Positions 28,046 through 36,914 of a stretch of 55,740 nt of DNA are shown piece after piece (within the stretch, counting starts at the first letter, position 1; each line of letters opens with the position of its first letter). Position numbers and translations under genes: made by a program. The notes below the pieces were generated by a model that saw nothing but the letters and a program-made list of their open reading frames with translations, ran no database searches and had not been told where the DNA came from. This stretch comes from Burkholderiales bacterium (GTDB lineage: Bacteria; Pseudomonadota; Gammaproteobacteria; Burkholderiales; Eutrophovitaceae): positions 1-55,740 of the forward strand of contig DATKYN010000153.1 of the NCBI GenBank assembly GCA_035528435.1. Direction: 5' to 3'.

Positions 28046-28915
28046 CTAGCTGAAAAACGAAATCAGTGCCTCTGACGTCTCGGCGGGCCTTTCTTCAGCC
28101 AGATAATGACCGCAGTCCAGTGGACCGCCACTGACATCGCTGGCCCATTCGCGCCATACCGAGAGTGTGTCGTACCAGGCCTCAAGCTTTGCCTGTTTTC
28201 CCCATAGCGCCAGCAGCGGGCACGCGATGCGCCTGCCGCTGTCACGGTCTTGTGCGTCGTGTGCGCAATCGATGGTCGCACCAGCCCGATAGTCCTCACA
28301 GATGGCCCGCACCGTTTCAGGATTGCGGAAGCAGGCGAGATAATCGTCGACCGCGTCGGGAGAAAAGAATTTGCGCGGCACGCGGTCGGTATGCCAGCGC
28401 CAGAACCATTCCGGATCAGCATTGATCAATGTTTCAGGCAGTGGCGCCGGTTGTGCCAGAAAAAACCAGTGGTAGTAGCCGAGTCCGAAATCCTTGCCAC
28501 CGCGCTCGAATGCTTCCAGTGTCGGGATGACGTCCAGTACCGCAATCTTTTTCACGACTCCGGGATGGTCGAGTGCCATGCGATAGGCGACACGCCCGCC
28601 CCGGTCATGCCCCGCCACCATGAACTGCTCATGTCCGAGTTGACGCATCACGGCGACCTGATCCTTTGCCATGCTCCGCTTGGAAAAGGCCGCATGATCC
28701 TCGGAAGAGGCAGGTTTGCTGCTCATGCCATACCCGGTAAGGTCGGTGGCGACCACGGTGAAATGTTTGGCCAGGGCCGGCGCGATGGCGTGCCACATAA
28801 CGTGGGTTTGCGGGTTTCCGTGCAATAGCAGCAGTGCCGGCCCGTTGCCCCCGGTACGCAGCCGGATGCAGGCACTACCGGTATCGATGGTTGTCAGCGT
28901 AAAGCCATCAAACAT
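28046..28915 (-). CDS. Alpha/beta hydrolase of the haloacetate/fluoroacetate dehalogenase type
   Basis: HGNPQTHVMW, GHDRGGRVAYR (Asp nucleophile plus two Arg), LDVIPT, YYHWFF (His-Trp), EDYRAG (Tyr), CGHYLAEE (His). Confidence 0.8.
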   Translation of the reverse strand: MFDGFTLTTIDTGSACIRLRTGGNGPALLLLHGNPQTHVMWHAIAPALAKHFTVVATDLTGYGMSSKPASSEDHAAFSKRSMAKDQVAVMRQLGHEQFMVAGHDRGGRVAYRMALDHPGVVKKIAVLDVIPTLEAFERGGKDFGLGYYHWFFLAQPAPLPETLINADPEWFWRWHTDRVPRKFFSPDAVDDYLACFRNPETVRAICEDYRAGATIDCAHDAQDRDSGRRIACPLLALWGKQAKLEAWYDTLSVWREWASDVSGGPLDCGHYLAEERPAETSEALISFFS

Positions 28916-29130
28916 GGGTCACTCTATACTTTCGCAATGAAAACCCGCTACTGATGTTGATAAGGGCGCAGGGGAAAAACGATAAGCCGAACTCGCGCAT
29001 GTTCACGATTGCGGGAATCCCGAATAATTCAAGCCATGCAGGCCAAACAGGATTACCAGGTGCTTCGGGCGTGTCGGTCGCGAGCCGTTCAGTTCCCCGA
29101 AGCCGTCGACGGTCTCTGAGCTCTCCGCGG

Positions 29131-29167
29131 CAAAAAAATCCTGCCATCTCTGTCAGGATGGCAGGAT
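29131..29167 (-). terminator. Rho-independent terminator whose hairpin spans the ADH stop codon
   Basis: Perfect 11-bp stem (29157-29167 with 29038+100 i.e. 29138-29148). The 8-nt loop contains the TGA (29153-29155). The minus strand then reads TTTTTTT (29132-29138). Confidence 0.8.
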
Positions 29168-30205
29168 CACACCTTTACCAGAGGTTTGCTTGTCGAACAG
29201 TTCATAGGCTTCCTTTGCCTGTTCCAGTTTCCAGCGATGCGTGAACAGGCGGTCAAGCACGATTTCCCGGTCTGCGACGTATTCAGCGCACTTGCCTTGA
29301 CCAATCGTGGAGAACGTCCACGAACCGATGACGGTCACCTGACGGCGTAGCATGTCGTTACTCACATTCAAAGTGACGGTGTCGCCTTCGCCGACGAAGC
29401 AGGCCTTGCCCCAGCTTCGCACACACTGCACGGACTGTGTGCGTGCCGTCGGCGCTGATGAGCAATCCATCGACGCATGCGCACCACGTCCATGCGTCAA
29501 CTCCTTGATCGCTTCGACAACGTTCTCTGTCTTCAAGGGATTGATCAGCGCAACGGCACCGAATTCCTTTGCCCGTTGCAGGCGTTCTTCCCCTGTGTCC
29601 AGTGCGATGACCCTTGCGCCCATTTGCGAAGCCAGCAGAGTCGCCGACAATCCGACCGGCCCCTGCCCGAACACCGCGATGGTCTGGTCGCCTTGCAGGT
29701 CGAGACGGTGCAGGGCGCCCCACGCGGTTCCGGTGCCGCAGGATATGGCGGCGCCGGCCTCGAATGACAATTCGTCGGGTAGTGCCACCAGTGTTCGTGC
29801 CGGGCATTTCATGTATTTTGCGTGGGCGCCGTGACCGGTCGCGCCGTAGACTTCTTTTACGCCTTCGTCGCACATCTGCATCCAGCCTGTTGAACAGTGT
29901 TCGCACACGCCGCATCCGCGGTAGTGATGCACCATCACCCGCATGCCGACTTTGGCTTGATTCTCCGGTACGCCAGGACCAACTGCGGCAACTACGCCAC
30001 AGGGTTCGTGTCCGGCAATGATCGGGCCGCTGAGATTGCCAAGTCCCAGCGAAGCAGCGCCGTCTTTTGGACGATAGAACTTCAGATCGCTGCCGCACAT
30101 GCCAGAAGCCTTGATTTCCAGTACGACTTCACCCGGACCTGGCACAGGATCAGGAAAATCGAGTATTTCGAGCTGGCGATTACCGGGGAATACGACGCCC
30201 TTCAT
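29153..30205 (-). CDS. Zinc-dependent medium-chain alcohol dehydrogenase
   Basis: GMCGSD, GHEPCG, structural-zinc CGVCEHCSTGWMQMC, GxGxxG-type FGQGPVG. Confidence 0.9.
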   Translation of the reverse strand: MKGVVFPGNRQLEILDFPDPVPGPGEVVLEIKASGMCGSDLKFYRPKDGAASLGLGNLSGPIIAGHEPCGVVAAVGPGVPENQAKVGMRVMVHHYRGCGVCEHCSTGWMQMCDEGVKEVYGATGHGAHAKYMKCPARTLVALPDELSFEAGAAISCGTGTAWGALHRLDLQGDQTIAVFGQGPVGLSATLLASQMGARVIALDTGEERLQRAKEFGAVALINPLKTENVVEAIKELTHGRGAHASMDCSSAPTARTQSVQCVRSWGKACFVGEGDTVTLNVSNDMLRRQVTVIGSWTFSTIGQGKCAEYVADREIVLDRLFTHRWKLEQAKEAYELFDKQTSGKGVILPS

Positions 30206-30251
30206 GATGAGATCCTTTCGTTATTTTCAGTTTTTCGATTGGCCGGCACGT

Positions 30252-31733
30252 TCAACGCAGCACGAACGGGTTGCCGGTTTTTGCACCGGTGTTGATCCAC
30301 ACGCTCTTCACCTGTAGGTATTCGTGGATAGACTCGATACCGCTTTCGCGTCCCAAACCGGAATCCTTGTAGCCGCCGAACGGGGACATGTAGCTCACTG
30401 CGCGATAGGTGTTGACCCAGACCGTGCCCGCCTGGATGCGCTCCGACATGCGAATGGCGCGGCCGATGTCACTGGTCCAAACGCCTGAACCGAGACCGAA
30501 GCGCACATCATTGGCAATGGTTGCTGCCTCTTCTTCGTCCTTGAACTTGATCACCGAGAGTACCGGGCCGAATACCTCTTCCTGGGCAATGCGCATATTA
30601 TTGGTGACGCCGGTGAATACGGTCGGCTCGACAAACCAGCCTTCACCACATTCCGGCCGTGTCGCCGCCCCGCCGCCCAGCGCCAGTTTTGCACCTTCGG
30701 TTTTTGCGATATCGATGTAGCCGAGGACCTTGTCATACTGAGGTCGCGTCGTGATCGGTCCGACCTGCGTATCCGGGCTCATCGGATCGCCCATGCGGGC
30801 TGTCTTCGCCAACGCAATCAGTTTTTCCATGAAAGCATCGTGAATGCTTTCCTGCAGCAGCAGCCGGGAGCCGGCAATACAGGTCTGGCCGGTCGCGGCG
30901 AAGATACCGGACACGGCGCCGTTCACGGCATCATCGAGATTGGCATCGTCGAACACGATATTTGGCGACTTGCCGCCAAGCTCCAGCGTGACGCGCTTGA
31001 ACGATTTCGCTGCCGCTTCATTGATGGCTCGCCCGGTCGCATCCGAGCCGGTGAAAGATATCTTCTTAACCAAAGGGTGTGTCGTCAGCGGCACGCCGAC
31101 ATCGCGGCCGAAACCGGTCACGACGTTAACGACGCCATCGGGAAATCCGGCTTCTTTAACCAGTTTGACGAACTCGAGTGTCGATGTGGAGGTGAATTCG
31201 GATGGTTTGATGACAACGGTGCAGCCGGCTGCAAGTGCTGGTGCCAGTTTCCATGCCAGCAGCAGCAGCGGCGAGTTCCACGCCGTGATCGCCGCGACCA
31301 CACCGAGCGGTTCGTGGCGGGTGTAATTGAAATAGCCTTTTTTGTCGAGCGGGATCACCGCGCCCTGGATCTTGTCAGCGAGACCGCCGTAGTAATAGAA
31401 CCACTGGGGCACATAGTTGAGCTGTCCCTGCATTTCGGCGAGGAGCTTTCCGTTGTCCTGCACCTCCATTTCGCCAAGCTTTTTTGCATCGCGTGCGATC
31501 AGGTCTCCCAGGCGGTGCACCAGCATGCCGCGCTGACTTGCCGTCATGTCCGGCCACGCGCCTTCGGTGAAAGCCCGATGCGCGGCCGTTACTGCGCGGT
31601 CGACGTCCGCTGCGCCGCCCTCCGCAACCTGCGACCAGACTTTGCCGGTAAACGGGTTGTAACTGTCGAACCACTTGCCGCTTGCTGCTTCGACAAACTC
31701 GCCGTCGATGTACATCTTGAATTTTTCCATCAT
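30252..31733 (-). CDS. NAD(P)-dependent aldehyde dehydrogenase
   Basis: ELGGKSP (catalytic Glu), GQTCIAGSR (catalytic Cys), FTGSDATG. Confidence 0.95.
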   Translation of the reverse strand: MMEKFKMYIDGEFVEAASGKWFDSYNPFTGKVWSQVAEGGAADVDRAVTAAHRAFTEGAWPDMTASQRGMLVHRLGDLIARDAKKLGEMEVQDNGKLLAEMQGQLNYVPQWFYYYGGLADKIQGAVIPLDKKGYFNYTRHEPLGVVAAITAWNSPLLLLAWKLAPALAAGCTVVIKPSEFTSTSTLEFVKLVKEAGFPDGVVNVVTGFGRDVGVPLTTHPLVKKISFTGSDATGRAINEAAAKSFKRVTLELGGKSPNIVFDDANLDDAVNGAVSGIFAATGQTCIAGSRLLLQESIHDAFMEKLIALAKTARMGDPMSPDTQVGPITTRPQYDKVLGYIDIAKTEGAKLALGGGAATRPECGEGWFVEPTVFTGVTNNMRIAQEEVFGPVLSVIKFKDEEEAATIANDVRFGLGSGVWTSDIGRAIRMSERIQAGTVWVNTYRAVSYMSPFGGYKDSGLGRESGIESIHEYLQVKSVWINTGAKTGNPFVLR

Positions 31734-31772
31734 CTGCTCCGAAATAGGTTGTTCTTGATAGTGTTCACTGTG

Positions 31773-32702
31773 TCAGTCGCGCACACCCATTTTTCGTTCC
31801 CTTGCACGCACCAGTGCGCTGACTACGGTGTTAAACGGTGCCGCTACGTTCACCGCTTCAGCGGCTGGCGGAATCGCGCCGTTAATAGCGTCGATCTCGG
31901 ACATGCGTTCTCCCATATGATCGAGCAACATCGACGGGCGCGCGCCGGGTATCTTCGTGCCAAAGTTTTGCACGTACGCAACCGGGTCGTCGAAGTCGAG
32001 CTTGATGCCGCGCGCGCGCGCCACGTTATAGGCTTCCGTTGCGCAACCGGACGCGCTTGTCCAGGCGTCCGGATCGTTCATCACCTCGCCAATCGTCATG
32101 CTGGTAAGTGTGCAGGTGCCCGAAAAACACACGTTGCAGATCAGTTTCTCCCAGATCAACTGATCGATGTCGTCAAAGCACTTCACCCGAAATCCACCCG
32201 ATTGCCATACTTCTGCAACGGCTTCCAGCCGCTTCGTGACCGGCCCGTCAAATTCGCCGAGCCGCACCAGTTCCATGCCATTGTGGTGCGCGTGGCCCGG
32301 TCCGCGCATGGAGGCGCCGAAACCGCCAACCACGCCAACCATGACGTGTTCCTTGCCGATAATTCGCGCCGCGGTGTCCGGTCCGCCCAGGCCGTTCTGT
32401 ATGGAGAGCACCATGGAGTCTTTGCCGATCAGCGGTCCGGCGGCAATCGCAGCACGCTCCACGTCCATCGCTTTGGTGGCTATGATGACGAGTTCGCATT
32501 GTCCCGCTTCGGCTGGATCGGTCGTGGCGTGCAGTTGCACCGTCCGATCACCGGATTTCCCTTCGAGGCGCAAGCCGTTGGAGCGCATCGCGTCCACGTG
32601 TTCCTGCCACGAATCAATGGCCCACACTTCGTGCCCGGCGTCCCCGAGCAGCCCTGCGTAGACGCTGCCCATTGCGCCGCAGCCCATGATGGCGATTTTC
32701 AT
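31773..32702 (-). CDS. Ketopantoate reductase (ApbA/PanE) family oxidoreductase
   Basis: MKIAIMGCGAMGS Rossmann start, PanE-type C-terminal domain (PSMLLDHMGERMSEIDAINGA). RBS GGGAGGAAG. Confidence 0.85.
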   Translation of the reverse strand: MKIAIMGCGAMGSVYAGLLGDAGHEVWAIDSWQEHVDAMRSNGLRLEGKSGDRTVQLHATTDPAEAGQCELVIIATKAMDVERAAIAAGPLIGKDSMVLSIQNGLGGPDTAARIIGKEHVMVGVVGGFGASMRGPGHAHHNGMELVRLGEFDGPVTKRLEAVAEVWQSGGFRVKCFDDIDQLIWEKLICNVCFSGTCTLTSMTIGEVMNDPDAWTSASGCATEAYNVARARGIKLDFDDPVAYVQNFGTKIPGARPSMLLDHMGERMSEIDAINGAIPPAAEAVNVAAPFNTVVSALVRARERKMGVRD

Positions 32703-32912
32703 TGTTTGGTCTTCCTCCCGTGAATGCCCGGCATGGCGCCGTTTTCCGCAAGTTTACGCGAGTACGTTCATGTTCTTCTGCCTGCGAGTGAAACTGTGCC
32801 GGCGCAGTCCTTCCCGCGCGCTAGCCGTTCAAGGCAACCTTGCACGCCCGCATTCCGGGTGGGGCGGTTGGCAGAACCGGAGCATCATGATTGTAAATTG
32901 AGATAACGTATC

Positions 32913-33302
32913 ATGCACACACAGTCGCAAGCGGAGTTCGTGATGCGGTTAGCCCTCCATGCCGTTTTTACCCTTGTATTCGTGATGATGGCGGCGATTC
33001 AGTTAAATGATCCCGACCCGACTTACTGGATTGCAGTCTACGCCCTGGTTGCAGCGATACCGGCGGCGCGGATCTTCGGTCGCCGATTGCCCGGGATTTC
33101 AGTCCTGACCGCGGGCATGGTGCTGGCAGGAATGCTCATCGCGGGGCCCGGCTTCATCGACTTCCTCGTATCTGGCGATTACGCCTCCATCAACGACAAG
33201 ATGTCAGCGGAAAAACCTTATGTCGAGTCCGCACGTGAGTTCATCGGCCTGCTGATGGCAGCGGTTTGCCTGATCGCGTATGCCGGACCGGGGCGGCGCT
33301 GA
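32913..33302 (+). CDS. Small four-TM membrane protein (TMEM220-like)
   Basis: 129-aa ORF. AAIQLNDPDPTYWIAVYALVA block and four hydrophobic segments. Family call is from memory. Confidence 0.55.
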   Translation: MHTQSQAEFVMRLALHAVFTLVFVMMAAIQLNDPDPTYWIAVYALVAAIPAARIFGRRLPGISVLTAGMVLAGMLIAGPGFIDFLVSGDYASINDKMSAEKPYVESAREFIGLLMAAVCLIAYAGPGRR

Positions 33303-33399
33303 GCGACAATGTCAATGGCTCTCGTAGCCCGCAAGCCGGAGCGGCCGAGCACACTTCCGCGTTCCGGAATGAAGCAAAAACACGACGGAGGCTGACGCC

Positions 33400-33819
33400 A
33401 TGAAGAAACTGCCGCGATACATCCTCATTATTCTGTCACTGGTGCTTGCACCAGCGAGCCTGGCCGAGCCGCCGGAGCTGAACAATCCGGAAAAGCTTGA
33501 TCTCAGCCAGCGGCAGTCACTGTCGCCGCAGGAAGCGGCCGCCTTGCGGAATGAGAACGTCATCTACCTGGACGTGCGCAGTACCCTTGAATGGCTGGGC
33601 GGGCACGTTGAAGGCGCGATACACCTCCCTTATGACAAAGTGGCCCAGGATATCGGTTCGGTATTGCCTGATCGCTCGGTCCCCGTCATTACTTATTGCG
33701 TATCCGGAGCCCGGGCCGCATTTGTCATTGATGCAATGCGCAAGCAAGGCTACACGGTGGTGCCGGTAACGAACGGTGGTTACCGCGAACTCATCGCCAA
33801 CGGCATGAAAAAAGACTGA
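33400..33819 (+). CDS. Periplasmic single-domain rhodanese (sulfurtransferase)
   Basis: Signal peptide. YLDVRSTLEWLGGHVEGAIHLP and active-site loop YCVSGARA. Confidence 0.85.
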   Translation: MKKLPRYILIILSLVLAPASLAEPPELNNPEKLDLSQRQSLSPQEAAALRNENVIYLDVRSTLEWLGGHVEGAIHLPYDKVAQDIGSVLPDRSVPVITYCVSGARAAFVIDAMRKQGYTVVPVTNGGYRELIANGMKKD

Positions 33820-33839
33820 CGGCAGGCCGCGGTCTGTGT

Positions 33840-33863
33840 GGCCGGGAAATCTGTTACCCGGCC
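33840..33863. terminator. GC hairpin between the convergent rhodanese and reductase genes
   Basis: GGCCGGG-N10-CCCGGCC. Overlaps the stop codon at 33854-33856. No clear U-tract. Confidence 0.3.
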
Positions 33864-34825
33864 GCGCGCGACACGACACGTAGCACGCGGCAGCACAGAT
33901 CGAGCGTCGGCGTTGCGACACCGAGTTCTGCTGCCAGCTTCAGCGTGTAATCCAGCGTCTCGTTGACTTCCAGCCGGCGGTTACGGTCCGCATCCTGCAG
34001 AATCGACTGACGGAACTCCGGAGCGCTCGCCTTCATCTTCTCGCCGTGTGCCCGTACCGCTTTCACGGCGTCTTGTTCCGTGCCGTTGACGAATGCGGTG
34101 CTGCTGAAACCGCTGTCCTGCAGTTTGACGCCATGGCCGATGGCAACGTTCGCGGTCTCGCGCATGACGCGCGCCGCGATTAACGCCGTATCGGCATCTG
34201 CCATGAATCTCCAGGTCGGCAGGCGCGTCATTACTGCAAGCGTGCTGAATCCCGACCAACCGACGAATTTCGACCATTCAATCGAGGAGATGTCGGCCGA
34301 CCCCTGCGCCTTGAGGCCGGACTGCACAAAGCTGTCCACAATTTTCGCCACGCGATCAGACTCGCCGCCGGCAGGCTCGCCAATAATGGTTGGCCCCGCC
34401 ATGTTGTAGCGCACGGCGCCGGGAAGGCCATCGTTGACGGCAAGGACATTGCCGCCGATCATGCTGACCGCGCCCAGCGTGTGTTGCTTCCCGAACACAT
34501 CATCCAGTTGGTCGTTCTTGAGGACGCCGTTCTGCACCGAGAACGTGCACTCGGCCGCGAGTCCGCCCAGTGGCGCCAGGGCCTGCTCGGTGTCGTAGGT
34601 CTTTATCGCGACAATGAGCACGTCGGTCTGGCGAAGTTCTTCCGGTCGCGTGACGATGTTGCAGTGTGCGGTGAAGGATTCGTGTCCAGTGACGGCAATG
34701 CCGTGCTTCGCGAGTCCCGCAGCCCGCGGCCCGCGTGCAATCAACGAAACCTGGTGCCCGGCGCGTGCCAGATAAGCAGCATAGATTGACCCCAGCGCAC
34801 CAGCACCAACGATTACGAAGTTCAT
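33854..34825 (-). CDS. Ketopantoate reductase (ApbA/PanE) family oxidoreductase, second copy
   Basis: MNFVIVGAGALGS Rossmann start and PanE-like C-terminal domain (SILQDADRNRRLEVNE). Confidence 0.8.
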   Translation of the reverse strand: MNFVIVGAGALGSIYAAYLARAGHQVSLIARGPRAAGLAKHGIAVTGHESFTAHCNIVTRPEELRQTDVLIVAIKTYDTEQALAPLGGLAAECTFSVQNGVLKNDQLDDVFGKQHTLGAVSMIGGNVLAVNDGLPGAVRYNMAGPTIIGEPAGGESDRVAKIVDSFVQSGLKAQGSADISSIEWSKFVGWSGFSTLAVMTRLPTWRFMADADTALIAARVMRETANVAIGHGVKLQDSGFSSTAFVNGTEQDAVKAVRAHGEKMKASAPEFRQSILQDADRNRRLEVNETLDYTLKLAAELGVATPTLDLCCRVLRVVSRAAG

Positions 34826-34945
34826 TGTTTGATTCCTCAGTCAGAAACGATAAGGTTACACAACCAGCACGAGCGGGATACCGTAGGCCGGCCTTGTGAT
34901 TTCACACGGGCACGGGAAGCAAAAACGAAAAACGGGAAACTTTCC

Positions 34946-35665
34946 ATGATCGATCGCGATATTGACATTCAAACCACGGACGGTGCAATGAACACGTTCA
35001 TTACCCACCCTGAAGAAGGTGGACCGCATCCCGTTGTGTTCTTTCTGATGGATGCGCCCGGCAAGCGCGAAGAACTGCACGATATGGCCCGGCGCCTTGG
35101 TACGGCCGGCTACTATGTGATGTTGCCTAATCTGTACTATCGCCGGGTGCGCGAATTCACGATGACGCCAGACAATCGCGAAACGATGTTTGAGCACATG
35201 CGCTCGCTCAGTATCGATATGGCGTGTTCGGATATGCAGACAATGTTTGACTTTGCCGCACGTGATGCTGCTGCGGGCGACGGCAAAGCGGGGTGTGTCG
35301 GTTATTGCATGAGTGGCCCGTTTGCGTTTTCGGCGGCGTCGCGGTTCCCGGACCGGATTGCTGCTGCTGCGTCGATCCATGGCGTGCGCCTGATATCCGA
35401 TGCGGAAGACTCTCCGCACCGGGAGGCTCACAGGATCAGGGGCGAAATGTACTTTGCCTGTGCCGAGACCGATGAATTCGCCCCGCAAAAAATGATAGAA
35501 GATCTTGGCGAATTCCTTGACGGTGTCGATATCGATTCCCGTATCGAGTGGTATCCCGGTACGGAGCATGGCTGGGTGTTCCCAACCAGAGGCGCGAAAT
35601 ATGACAAGGCATCTGCGGAACGGCACTGGGAACGATTGCTGGCGATGTTCCGGCGTTGTTTGTAG
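34946..35665 (+). CDS. Dienelactone hydrolase family protein
   Basis: FLMDAPGKREE, nucleophile elbow GYCMSGPFA (Cys), C-terminal PGTEHGW. ATG 34946 chosen; the ORF is open from 34829. Confidence 0.85.
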   Translation: MIDRDIDIQTTDGAMNTFITHPEEGGPHPVVFFLMDAPGKREELHDMARRLGTAGYYVMLPNLYYRRVREFTMTPDNRETMFEHMRSLSIDMACSDMQTMFDFAARDAAAGDGKAGCVGYCMSGPFAFSAASRFPDRIAAAASIHGVRLISDAEDSPHREAHRIRGEMYFACAETDEFAPQKMIEDLGEFLDGVDIDSRIEWYPGTEHGWVFPTRGAKYDKASAERHWERLLAMFRRCL

Positions 35666-35797
35666 ATACGGGCATCCCGGGCGTGGGCAAACCGCGGGTG
35701 AACCGGGACACGTCCTGACGATGTCAGTTGCGTCAGCAGAAGAATCAGCGGCGTGAGCATAAAAATCAGTGAACCCCGCAGAGACATCGAGGTGAAG

Positions 35798-36634
35798 ATG
35801 CATAACGGTGATCCGGTCCCGTCAATCACGGAAGAGCAAGCAACAGGAGAGACTGCGGCGCTATACGCCGATATTCGAAAGACGCTCGGCATCCCTCTGG
35901 TCAACCTGATCTGGCGCAACCTTGCGACGGTGCCGGGCGCACTGTCCTGGGCGTGGGGCTCGGTCAAGCCGCTGTACGAGAGCGGTCGGATCCAGGATGA
36001 GGCTGTGGATTTGATCGAGACCCTGCGGCTGCCGAATATTCCCCGGTGGCCACGTTCCGCGCTACGCGCTGTAGGTGTCGATTCCCGGGCTGAGAGCGCG
36101 ATTGGCGAAGTGCTCGAAAGTTATGACCGGAGCAACCCGCTTAATCTGGTCGCACTGAACGTATTGCTCGCCATGCTGCGAAATGACGCAGAGAGTACGC
36201 GTACCCCTGTGGTTACTAACCGGCGACCGGCAGAGATTAATATCACGTTACCGAAGCTGGTGAATCTCGATGAAACACCGGCCGACACCGGTGCCCTGGT
36301 CCGTGCAGTCAACCAGCTCGGCGCCCGCGGTCGCGACCACATACTTGTCAGCATGCCACGCCATCTCGCGCATTGGCCCGGATTCCTGGCGTTGTACTGG
36401 GCTGCCATTTCGCCACTGGATGCCAATGGTGATTTGCATCGTTGCATAGACTCGGTATTTGCGGACGGCCGTGCGCGTGGGGCCCCGCTCGCGCGCTACG
36501 TTGATCGGTCCGTAAAACCACCGCAAGGCTCGAGCGAGTCTGTTGAAGCGACGCTGGATGATTTTTGCCGCAACGCGATCTCGCGGATGATTCCGGTCGT
36601 AGGCCTGCTGAAAAAAGCCATGCCGCTGCCTTGA
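35798..36634 (+). CDS. DehI-family (halocarboxylic acid dehalogenase DehI-like fold) protein, function unknown
   Basis: Two internal repeats with the family pattern as I recall it: TAALYADIRKTLGIPLVNLIWRNLATVPGALSWAW and ALVRAVNQLGARGRDHILVSMPRHLAHWPGFLALYW. The ATG at 35798 follows GAGGTG; alternative GTG at 35753. Confidence 0.45.
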   Translation: MHNGDPVPSITEEQATGETAALYADIRKTLGIPLVNLIWRNLATVPGALSWAWGSVKPLYESGRIQDEAVDLIETLRLPNIPRWPRSALRAVGVDSRAESAIGEVLESYDRSNPLNLVALNVLLAMLRNDAESTRTPVVTNRRPAEINITLPKLVNLDETPADTGALVRAVNQLGARGRDHILVSMPRHLAHWPGFLALYWAAISPLDANGDLHRCIDSVFADGRARGAPLARYVDRSVKPPQGSSESVEATLDDFCRNAISRMIPVVGLLKKAMPLP

Positions 36635-36914
36635 TCCGGATCGCATTCGTGGCCTGAACAACGCCGTTAATGTCAGTCCGGGTCGGGTAATCAGCGCGCG
36701 CGGGAGAGGTCGCGCCGAAAGAGCAGCCGAAAGGAAGGCGGATCGTTTTCTTTGGTCTCACCGTGCAATCAACTTTCCGTTTCCGTATGAAACCACTTGT
36801 CATGCAGGGCGAAATCGGGCCCACGATCATCCATGGAGCATACATCCGCGTGGATAGTTGTTATATTAGAGGTGTACTGAAGATTAACGATTAACTTTAT
36901 GATTGGAGAAAGTA

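Noticed and set aside
30840-32723. 627-aa ORF on the plus strand, the longest unexplained ORF in the track.
   Set aside because: It lies entirely antisense to the well-supported ALDH and ketopantoate-reductase genes. Its Arg/His/Ala/Gly-rich composition has no motifs and is typical of shadow frames in GC-rich DNA.
36787-36900. Roughly 36-codon plus-strand ORF (MKPLVMQGEIGPTIIHGAYIRVDSCYIRG...) upstream of the H1-like gene.
   Set aside because: It has no RBS and no hydrophobic or otherwise recognisable pattern, and it overlaps the AT-rich probable promoter region.
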